Shown here: piece by piece, positions 8,889-16,794 of the stretch
Layout of the letters: the number at the start of each line of letters is the position of its first letter
How positions within the stretch are numbered: position 1 is the first letter of the stretch
NCBI GenBank assembly: GCA_964236955.1
Contig: CAXSGP010000041.1
Coordinates: forward strand, 7,096 to 37,699
DNA length: 30,604 bases
Direction of reading: 5' to 3'
DNA from: an uncultured Oligoflexus sp.
GTDB lineage: Bacteria > Bdellovibrionota_B > Oligoflexia > Oligoflexales > Oligoflexaceae
Notes under the pieces: generated by a model
The model's input: the letters and a program-made list of their open reading frames with translations, nothing else
What the model was told of the DNA's origin: nothing
Database searches by the model: none
Translations under genes and position numbers: made by a program

Positions 8889-10352
8889 TTAGTTACCGAG
8901 GTCAAAAGCAAAAAAGCCGAAATTAAAACACATCTCGTCCCTGCTACCGTAACCACCGAACACATCGCTGGGATTGGTATTGGTAAAATCACAGCTAACC
9001 GTGTTCTGCCACTGGTCCCAATCGGATGAGGAAATAATTTTCGGTGCTTGAAATTGAAAATCGCGCTGCCAGTGCAGATCCCACTGAGGGATGTGCAGCA
9101 GCGTCTCGGCTGGCTGCCCGATCCGACCAAGGCTTACTTGCCCCGATGCACCGATCGCATGCATGTGTAAATTTGCGGAATGAACCTCAATATTTTTGAC
9201 TGAAATGTCGCCGAGACCTAAAACGCGTTTGCCATAGGCTGCAATCTTGCTTAGATTTCTGTCGAATGTAAACGATGCACTCTGGCCGGCGGGGATAACC
9301 ATCATTAGGTTATCTCGGCTCTGCAGCCACTGCTGATTGGTCAAAGGATAATAAAAAGCTGGTTTATTGACTGTTTTGGCCGTCGATAAAGCAAAGGTAG
9401 TGCCTTGGTCGGTTTCACCCTTTGCAGATTCTGTATAATAGTGCATTTGCACCACAAAAGCGCCGCCCCTTGGAATCTTTATTCCAGTCCCTTCAGGAAA
9501 CGAGTAGCCGCCGTCCATGCCAGGAGCCCAGTGAGCCAACCAATAGATTTCGTTTTTCAGCTTGGTCGTGATACCGGGATGCTGAGCTTCCAAAGCCTGC
9601 TGCACAGCGGGATCACCCAAGCGATCCGGCAGCGCACCGGTGAAGCAACGATAACCGCGGCCGTCTTCTGCTGCATCAAGTTCTCCCAGTACGCCGAGGA
9701 GGTCTGGACCAGCCAAATAGGCTACTAGATGGTGCGTGAGTTTTTGGTTGCCAGCATGTGCGGTAAAGCCTGTAATATAATTGCTTGCATCGAATTGCTT
9801 ATCGAGAGGAATGATAAAGCAGCGATACTCATCGCTACTGCTTTGTTCCGGTAGAAAAGAGCCACCTTCAGCGAACAGTGGCACGGTTGCATTTGCCTGG
9901 AAGCCGGTTTTAGCCGCTGGCTTTGTGTATGTGCTGAGTTCTCCTGGCTTGGCGCCGAGATCCAGCCAATGGACCAATTTACTGAGTTCAAGCGGCGAAA
10001 GGGACAGATCATCACGGTAGTTTTGGTGTCCAGTTTCCGCTAACCAAGGCGGCATCTGCTTCGATAAAACTGCGGCCTTAATCGATGTTCGCTTGGCCAA
10101 GACTTGGTCATAGCTGTTCAGATCGAGGCCCGCTAACCCACCAGCGCTGTGACATGCGGCGCATTTAATATCGATTAAAGGCTTAATATCGCGATAGTAG
10201 CTTAGATTCTCGGCATCGATGAGAGCGACCAGTCCCGGCGTATTATCACGCTCTGGATTTTGGTCCCCGAGGCTTTTCTTAGAAGACTCTTTACTGCAGG
10301 CTAGCAAAGTTAGGCTGATGGATAGGGGCCAGAGAAAATTTTTAATTTGCAC
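8889..10352 (-). CDS. Lipoprotein with an N-terminal c-type cytochrome domain and a copper type II ascorbate-dependent monooxygenase (PHM/DBH-like) domain
   Basis: Lipobox LLA-C. Heme motif CAACH and distal MPP. CuH ligands THH and QMHY; CuM ligands HMH and DEMC. GTG 10352 fits RBS AAAGGA best (alternatives: ATG 10358, TTG 10385). Confidence 0.8.
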   Translation of the reverse strand: MQIKNFLWPLSISLTLLACSKESSKKSLGDQNPERDNTPGLVALIDAENLSYYRDIKPLIDIKCAACHSAGGLAGLDLNSYDQVLAKRTSIKAAVLSKQMPPWLAETGHQNYRDDLSLSPLELSKLVHWLDLGAKPGELSTYTKPAAKTGFQANATVPLFAEGGSFLPEQSSSDEYRCFIIPLDKQFDASNYITGFTAHAGNQKLTHHLVAYLAGPDLLGVLGELDAAEDGRGYRCFTGALPDRLGDPAVQQALEAQHPGITTKLKNEIYWLAHWAPGMDGGYSFPEGTGIKIPRGGAFVVQMHYYTESAKGETDQGTTFALSTAKTVNKPAFYYPLTNQQWLQSRDNLMMVIPAGQSASFTFDRNLSKIAAYGKRVLGLGDISVKNIEVHSANLHMHAIGASGQVSLGRIGQPAETLLHIPQWDLHWQRDFQFQAPKIISSSDWDQWQNTVSCDFTNTNPSDVFGGYGSRDEMCFNFGFFAFDLGN

Positions 10353-10840
10353 AACCATTCCTTTCTGTAGGAGAGCATGGCTCAACTCTAATGTTAATAG
10401 CAGCTGTGGGGTATATCCAATGCAAGGGATAGAGTCGCGCCTTTTTTGGAAAATTTTTGCAAAAAAATAGGGGTCGCTACAAAATTGCAGGATTCTTAAC
10501 CATGATTGCCTAAGGCGGAAATCAGTCGGCGCAAGGGGAATGAAAGCAAAAGTTTACCTTAGTGAAGACCGATGGACTCTCGAGTTTGTTAGAAAAGCCA
10601 GCCTTTTTTAAGTTCGACGCACTTCCCCATGGCCAAAAATACTTTTTACCGCGTTTTGCAGTTAAGCCGGGATGCCTTGTAATATTTTATCGGGTTTTTC
10701 TGGTTCCATGTTGCTGAGTTCGAAGTCAAGTTTTTGCCTTATAGTCAGCCCATCATCCCTCACGGAGCCAAAAGAAAAGCCCTCCAGCCGAGGTCGCGGC
10801 AGGAGAACCCCATAAAAACTGACTTTGCATCATTCAAAGA

Positions 10841-12283
10841 CTAGACATTGTAATCGATATCAGCAAGGCCCTGTTCGGTGATCAATTTTTGAAAAGCAAT
10901 CAGTTTTGGACTCGATGGACTTATGCGTTTTGCGGTTTCAAGAGCCGAGAAGAAGGCCGTTTCATGGAGGTCGGTCATCGCCGTGAAGTGGCCTGCGAAG
11001 TGGAGGCCGGAGCGTCCTTGCCAGTCTTTGAGACCACGAATGGCCGCGATTGATTCGGGAGTAGTCAGCGGATGAATAAAGTTACGCGTGAGCAAAATTT
11101 CTTTAGCTTCCTGACGACGATGAGCGGCCCAGCTCTTGAAGAGACTTAATTTTGTGCCTGTGACACTTTGATAAAAGGATCCCACATCGTGAGAAGACTC
11201 ACCATAGTCATTGTCGACTTCAACGTTTTGACTCGCCCACGTTTTCTTATTTTTCGGCATATATATGGGATCTTTGTGCACAACAACGCGGGAGGGAAAA
11301 TATTCCTGGCGACCGAGAAGTTGGCTGAGGTCATTTGCCCAGGGGACGGCCGCAAAAAGATTTTTGCTCACATGAGGCGGAGCGTTGACGATGATGGCAT
11401 CAAATGGCCCTTCACGCCCGAGGGGACTTGTGACAAACCATTTGCCGTCGATTTCTTCAAGTTGTGAGACAGGGGCATTCAGCTTGACAGTGAGGTTTTC
11501 ACAGCGATTTTTCATAAAAAGAATAAAGCCGCCCAAACCTATTTTTGCGTGATAAGTGACGATGGGAGCGATGGGGTTTTTGGGAAAGTTCTTCGCCACG
11601 ACTCTCAAATGGGAACGTGCCGATTGACGTTTGACGTCTTCGACCTTGGAACAGGAAAGTGAGGACAGCCATGGTAAAAGAAGGTCGGTCTTGAAGCTCT
11701 CGGGCACCGAGAGTTCATCGACCCATTCCGCTATCGTAACGTCCCAATCCGAGTCGCGCTCGATCCACTCCCGTGCTTCCTGAGTAAACTTTAAAAAGCT
11801 TAGAGCATGGAACGGATGCGAAATGACGTTCACGGAATTGAACAGAGATTCGCCATCCTCTTTGGAAAAAATATTGAGAGAAGAATTGGTTTTGAGGGTC
11901 AAATCCGTGGCAGCATTCTGCGGCGTGCGGATTCCGATATGTTCGAGAAAAGCCCAATAGAGGGGATGAGAACTGGGAGCGAAGAAATCAGCTCCGACAT
12001 CGACGACTTGGTCTTTGCCATCAACTTTAACCTGGCGAGAGTCAGCGTGACCGCCAAGTCGCGCTTCGGATTCATAAAGATCGACCGACCAATCGGATCC
12101 CGCAAAATAAGCGCTCGCCACGCCGCCTAAACCGCCGCCAATGATCGCCAGACGTTGTTTGGGTTTGGGAGAAGCCCCTTTGGCCGAAGGAGTCAAAGGT
12201 AGAGTCATAAAACTCAGACTTCCTAGTTTTACAAGGGTTCGTCGGTTCAATGGAGGGCGTACAGCATGGAATAAGTTTGTCAT
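10841..12283 (-). CDS. Tat-exported FAD-dependent oxidoreductase (flavin amine oxidase / COG2907-like)
   Basis: Twin-Arg leader NRRTLVK, Rossmann IIGGGLGG...E, RLGGHA, VDVG, VVHKD..YMP..K.WAS.N, HP, QG..GLHFAG and HE.A..SA motifs. Confidence 0.8.
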   Translation of the reverse strand: MTNLFHAVRPPLNRRTLVKLGSLSFMTLPLTPSAKGASPKPKQRLAIIGGGLGGVASAYFAGSDWSVDLYESEARLGGHADSRQVKVDGKDQVVDVGADFFAPSSHPLYWAFLEHIGIRTPQNAATDLTLKTNSSLNIFSKEDGESLFNSVNVISHPFHALSFLKFTQEAREWIERDSDWDVTIAEWVDELSVPESFKTDLLLPWLSSLSCSKVEDVKRQSARSHLRVVAKNFPKNPIAPIVTYHAKIGLGGFILFMKNRCENLTVKLNAPVSQLEEIDGKWFVTSPLGREGPFDAIIVNAPPHVSKNLFAAVPWANDLSQLLGRQEYFPSRVVVHKDPIYMPKNKKTWASQNVEVDNDYGESSHDVGSFYQSVTGTKLSLFKSWAAHRRQEAKEILLTRNFIHPLTTPESIAAIRGLKDWQGRSGLHFAGHFTAMTDLHETAFFSALETAKRISPSSPKLIAFQKLITEQGLADIDYNV

Positions 12284-12525
12284 GTGATGTCCTGGTAAAA
12301 GTGCGTCGCTGCATGTTTGGCTCCCGCAGATCGGGCGAGACGGATGTTATGTCTGATTTCTGGAAGGGTATACCATCAGGATTGCGCGAGATGCTCAAGT
12401 TATTGATATGTTAAAATTTAATTTAATTGAGGCTGCAGAAATTGATGCGTCTGGCGCTGGAGAGTGAATGCACCCCGGAGGCTGGAGCATAAGCCGTTCA
12501 ATAGGTCCGTGGATAAGGCCAGCTG

Positions 12526-13785
12526 TCACCCATGCGGCGTCGCCATTGTGGGAGGAAATCGAGATTTCCTACAGATTTTCTGAGAATTGAGCCGCATCTG
12601 TCCTTCGATCGAAACGGCAAAGTCTAGAGCGGCATGGATATGCCTCGCTTCGACTAAGTTAGTTTCCGCTGCAAGGTCACCCGCCGTTCTCACCAATCCT
12701 CCGAGTTCCCGAAGCCGAAGCGTGACATCGCCCACCCGGTCGGCTTTGGCTTTGGCCAGGGTGATCAGGGCGTCGACCGCTGCCGAGGAAAAATGGGGAA
12801 TTCGCCCATCTTTGCTAACCTCCTGAGCGACGAAGCGAGCCAATGCACTTCGAGCTTCGATCGTATCCGGCATGGACGTCTCAGTCAGCACCTCATAGCC
12901 GTAGCCCAGAAAGCGCGACCTCAGGGCCGGCGTCAGCGAAGGCAGATCCTCGTGATTGCATGCCGCTATAAGAACAAAATCGCAGGGTACGGGATCGGTG
13001 CTGATAAGGGTGCCACTCGACCCTCTCTGGCGTCCGGTAATTGGCAGCGACTTTTCCTGAATCGCAGTCAATAGCAAACGTTGAGACTCAGCGCTCAAAT
13101 CGCCAATTTCATCGATATAGAGTACGCCACCATTCGCGCGATGCACGGCTCCCGCTTCGACGAGCTGATGGGGTGGCGATGCCTGAGCACCTGATTGATA
13201 AGGATCGTGGCGAACGTCGCCGAATAGAGCACCTTCACTAAATCCCGTGGCCTCGATAAAAGGGGCCTTGCCCTGGTCCGTGGTGACTAATAGTTTGGGC
13301 AAAGCAGGTTTGACTTCAGCCCTTTGAACATGACGGTAGAGCCAAAGCCAGGCGACACTGACCAGAGCCGCCAGGAAATAACCAAAGGACCGCTCGCGCA
13401 TTGCCATCCAAAATCCTACTATCATGCAGCCCGTAGCTGCGAGAGATAGGAGGAATGTTAACGCAAAGTTTGCATTGCCAGCTTCGCGATTGAAGCTTTG
13501 CATAAGCTCCCGCATGGCTGCACGCGGTCGAACCACTATGAGGGGCCGCATTGGATCCTGGTCATTGGCGATAGCGGCAATGGAACAATCAGAGGGCGCT
13601 GGAAGCAGCTCGGCGACAGCCCGCCCCAGCAGACTTTTACCGGTGCCTGGCTCGCCCACGAGAAGGAGAAAACGCCTTTGCCTCGCCGCCAGCCTGGCGA
13701 TCGTCACGGCTCTTTCCTGACCGATAATCTGGTCGATGAGAGCGCCCGCTGGGGTGAGTTCGGCGGTTGTCTTGAATTCTTTCAT
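12526..13785 (-). CDS. Membrane-anchored AAA+ ATPase homologous to the archaeal LonB ATPase domain, lacking the Lon protease domain
   Basis: LIDQIIGQE, Walker A GEPGTGKS, two TM helices inserted in the ATPase domain, LFGDVRHDPYQSG, AGAVHRANGGVLYIDEI (Walker B), PVPCDFVLIAACN, ALRSRFLGYGYEV, RFVAQEV..DGRIPHF, LRLRELGGLVR. Ends ~20 aa after SIEGQ. ATG 13785 overlaps the upstream TGA (ATGA). Confidence 0.85.
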   Translation of the reverse strand: MKEFKTTAELTPAGALIDQIIGQERAVTIARLAARQRRFLLLVGEPGTGKSLLGRAVAELLPAPSDCSIAAIANDQDPMRPLIVVRPRAAMRELMQSFNREAGNANFALTFLLSLAATGCMIVGFWMAMRERSFGYFLAALVSVAWLWLYRHVQRAEVKPALPKLLVTTDQGKAPFIEATGFSEGALFGDVRHDPYQSGAQASPPHQLVEAGAVHRANGGVLYIDEIGDLSAESQRLLLTAIQEKSLPITGRQRGSSGTLISTDPVPCDFVLIAACNHEDLPSLTPALRSRFLGYGYEVLTETSMPDTIEARSALARFVAQEVSKDGRIPHFSSAAVDALITLAKAKADRVGDVTLRLRELGGLVRTAGDLAAETNLVEARHIHAALDFAVSIEGQMRLNSQKICRKSRFPPTMATPHG

Positions 13786-14918
13786 GGTGCCAACTCTTTC
13801 AGGCGCCGGAGGCGAAGGCCCAGGCAGCAACCGAAGCCGACAGCGAGTGACACGAGAGCGAGCAGGAGACCAAAGGATTTGATGATAGCGACCGGCGGAG
13901 GGGCTATTCCTTCGACTTCAATATCCCTGGCCGCGACGAGGGCGGGCGAACCATCGATGGGAACGGCGCGTACCTTAATATTATGGGTCGACCCATCGTA
14001 AAATTGCCCTTGCCACGTAAACTCCCCCGCAGCGGCAAAAGCTTCCGTGCGGAATACTTCTCTTCCATGTTCCAGCTGGGTAAAACTTAGCTCCACGTGA
14101 AAAGGAATGGCGAGACCTTGTGAACTGCGTAATGAGACGTGGATTTCGCTAAGCTCGCCCACCCGAGGCGGCGTGCTGGCAAAGCTAAGCAGGAGGTGAT
14201 GGCCAATCGAGTTTTCAACAGACACTTCTTCCCGATGATTTTTGCCCGTTGCTCCCTCCCCACCGGCAGGTTGTGAGTCTGGGGCTTGAGCATGGCCCTT
14301 ACCATGAGCATCGGCTGGCGAACTGAGCCCACCAAAACCGATAACGAGAAGCATTCCGCTAAGAATAAGGCTACGAGCCAAGGTTCGGGTGGGACGGGTA
14401 AGGCCGATGACCAGCCCACAGCCAAGCCCAGCGGCAGCTAAAATGAAGAGAAAGATCATAAGCTTGTGTTTCTTCGCTGGATTTTCACCAATGCTGGGGT
14501 GCCATTCGCTGCGCGCCGGTGCAAAACCTGCGTCTTCACCTATCGGCCGTAGTTCGACGGCAAAGCGGTACTGTCCACGAATGGGCGGTACTAGGGTCAA
14601 GGGTAAAAGACCATCCAGCACCATCACAGTCGAATCGAAAAGCATAGTCCCTTCTACGATTGGAAAATCAGTTGAAACGAAGCTTTGTGAAGTCGGTGCC
14701 TGAAGACTTATGTGGGCCCAGGCCTTGGGCAAAGGCCGACCAGCTGCATCCTTTAGATGAATTGTAAGAGTCAGGGGATCGATTTGAGGCCGTACCTTTT
14801 CGATCGGCTGGGCGCTCTCCCATGTGATGACCGGCGCGGGCGCGGCTTGCGAGGATGGGCTGAGGCCTATCATTTTGGTCAGCAGCAAGAGCCTGATTAT
14901 GAGAGGAAAATTTCGCAT
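13782..14918 (-). CDS. Uncharacterised membrane protein: signal peptide, two related extracytoplasmic beta-domains and three hydrophobic segments
   Basis: Signal ..SSQA|AP, TM LMIFLFILAAAGLGCGLVIGL, TM/signal-like LILSGMLLVIGFGGLSSPADA|HGKGH, C-terminal TM. RBS AAAGG; 20 nt downstream of cbtB. Confidence 0.8.
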   Translation of the reverse strand: MRNFPLIIRLLLLTKMIGLSPSSQAAPAPVITWESAQPIEKVRPQIDPLTLTIHLKDAAGRPLPKAWAHISLQAPTSQSFVSTDFPIVEGTMLFDSTVMVLDGLLPLTLVPPIRGQYRFAVELRPIGEDAGFAPARSEWHPSIGENPAKKHKLMIFLFILAAAGLGCGLVIGLTRPTRTLARSLILSGMLLVIGFGGLSSPADAHGKGHAQAPDSQPAGGEGATGKNHREEVSVENSIGHHLLLSFASTPPRVGELSEIHVSLRSSQGLAIPFHVELSFTQLEHGREVFRTEAFAAAGEFTWQGQFYDGSTHNIKVRAVPIDGSPALVAARDIEVEGIAPPPVAIIKSFGLLLALVSLAVGFGCCLGLRLRRLKELAP

Positions 14919-14938
14919 ACAACTGCCTTTTCTCAGGG

Positions 14939-15136
14939 TTAATGACAGGGAATCATCATAAGGCTATGCCGCAGTTCGTGAAAGTAATCGTGCACGATAG
15001 GCGTCGTCGTGAAAAGCATGGTATAGAGCACAATTCCAAAGATGGCGACGACAATCATGCTTTTTTGCAACACATTGAGTTGCAATCGCCTGGTGATGCG
15101 GAGATGTCTTTTCGCTTGTGTATAGACTGAGTTCAA
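14939..15136 (-). CDS. cbtB: CbtB-family small membrane protein (predicted cobalt transporter subunit)
   Basis: One TM helix followed by HDYFHELRHSLMMIPCH, matching the CbtB HDxxHDxRHxxxxPCH terminus. RBS GGAGG. TTGA overlap with the cobQ stop. Confidence 0.85.
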   Translation of the reverse strand: MNSVYTQAKRHLRITRRLQLNVLQKSMIVVAIFGIVLYTMLFTTTPIVHDYFHELRHSLMMIPCH

Positions 15137-16794
15137 TTCAATCCTCCTTGGTGGGGCACGGGAAAACCGTCATTGGGGTTGCCTGTTAGGGGGCTGCCGG
15201 GAAGTGGACTTGCCAGCTTGAAATCCTGCTCATTCAAAAGTTCGTAGATAGAGGCCATATCCAGATGGTCCTCGATGCTATCGGCGAGCTTGTCATAAGC
15301 GTCTTCCTCCTGATTAAAAGGTTGAGACAAAAATGGACTTGATCGACTCGCAAAGGCTGACAGCCATCGCAGCAAGCTGAAGCGATACGCGCGGTTATGA
15401 AATAAACCGTGGATAAGGGTGCCTCGGATGGATCCATCCCCATTTATAAATCCCTCGGCCTGGTCTGACAAAGCAATGCCCCTCATTCGAATTCGACAAA
15501 GATGCCTATGGATACTGTCATCTATCGGCAGCAGTTCGCCCATGTGGATCTCATAGCCCCGAACGGCCAGACAATCGGGTGCACTATCAAGATTGCCAAA
15601 GGATGACAGGTCGGCCTGTACGCGCGCGGTTACTTTCTGTTTTTGAAAGACCACGTCGAAGGGTACGAATCCGAAGCCCTGGAGGCAGTCCACATCAGCT
15701 TCACAGTGATGGGGGTCGCGGATCTCGCGCGAAAGCATCTGATAACCGCCGCAGATTCCCATCATTGGTTTTTTTTGAGCCGCGCGCTCTAGGATCGCCT
15801 GATCAAGACCGTTATCCCTTAGCCATTGCAAATCGCTCATGACACTTTTAGAACCAGGAAGGATTAAAAAATCTGCATTTACAATATCGCGGGCATCCAC
15901 GGTGTAGGCGACATGGAGCGAAGGCTCGTTTTCCAAGGCATTAAATTCGTCATAGTTCGCGATGCGTGGATAACGAAGGATGGCAATGCTGATCCTATCG
16001 GAGCCTTGATAAAGCCGACTCGGTTTATCGTCAAGAGCAATGGAATCCTCATCCCCGATGCGAAGCTTACTCATGTAGGGCAACACCCCAAGTACTGATT
16101 TGCCGGTTCGCTCTTCGAGAAAAATCAGGCCGGGCCGCAATAGTTCAACATCGCCTCGAAATTTATTAACGATAAAACCACGCACCAGCGCCTGCTCCTC
16201 AGGAGTCAACAATGCGAGGGTTCCCACAAAGGCCGCAAAAACGCCCCCTCGATCGATATCGCCCACCAAAATCACGGGCGCCTGAGCGGATCGCGCCACG
16301 AACATATTTACCAGATCACCTTCCTTAAGATTGATCTCGGCCGGACTCCCCGCACCTTCTATGACGACTACATCGTGAGTCTGGCGCAAACGATTGAGGC
16401 TTTCGAGAATGAAAGGCCTTAGCTCGGGTTTGATTTTGTGATACTCCATGGCGGACATCCTCGAAAGAACCTTACCGCCCACCACGACCTGAGACCGTCG
16501 GTCCCCTTCCGGCTTCAGGAGAATGGGGTTCATGTCGATGCTAGCTTCCACCTGACAGGCCTCGGCCTGTATTGCCTGGGCAATGCCTATCTCCCCGCCA
16601 TCGAGTGTTACATAGGAGTTGAGGGCCATATTTTGGGCTTTGAACGGAGCAACTCTCAGGCCCCGTCTTGTCAGGGCTCGACACAGGCCTGTGACGATAA
16701 GGCTTTTGCCCACGGAGCTCGATGTACCCTGTATCATGATAACAGGAGCAAGCGACGAGCCCTTGCGTGCTTTCAGCTCATAGACCACCATCAT
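15133..16794 (-). CDS. cobQ: Cobyric acid synthase (CobQ/CbiP)
   Basis: QGTSSSVGKS, PFKAQNMALNS, MNPILLKP, EGAGSPAEINL, DIDRGGVFA, GICGGYQML, GYEIHMG. ATG 16794 overlaps the cobB stop (ATGA). Confidence 0.96.
   Translation of the reverse strand: MMVVYELKARKGSSLAPVIMIQGTSSSVGKSLIVTGLCRALTRRGLRVAPFKAQNMALNSYVTLDGGEIGIAQAIQAEACQVEASIDMNPILLKPEGDRRSQVVVGGKVLSRMSAMEYHKIKPELRPFILESLNRLRQTHDVVVIEGAGSPAEINLKEGDLVNMFVARSAQAPVILVGDIDRGGVFAAFVGTLALLTPEEQALVRGFIVNKFRGDVELLRPGLIFLEERTGKSVLGVLPYMSKLRIGDEDSIALDDKPSRLYQGSDRISIAILRYPRIANYDEFNALENEPSLHVAYTVDARDIVNADFLILPGSKSVMSDLQWLRDNGLDQAILERAAQKKPMMGICGGYQMLSREIRDPHHCEADVDCLQGFGFVPFDVVFQKQKVTARVQADLSSFGNLDSAPDCLAVRGYEIHMGELLPIDDSIHRHLCRIRMRGIALSDQAEGFINGDGSIRGTLIHGLFHNRAYRFSLLRWLSAFASRSSPFLSQPFNQEEDAYDKLADSIEDHLDMASIYELLNEQDFKLASPLPGSPLTGNPNDGFPVPHQGGLN

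Noticed and set aside
12526..13785. Annotation as a functional Lon protease or as a Mg/Co chelatase subunit (ChlI/CobS)
   Set aside because: There is no Ser-Lys protease domain. The motifs and TM insertion are LonB-specific, no CobN/CobT is in the window, and CbiX already provides chelation.
13782..14918. Calling this gene cbtA
   Set aside because: CbtA is mostly TM helices; this protein has two large soluble beta-domains and no CbtA motifs that I recognise.
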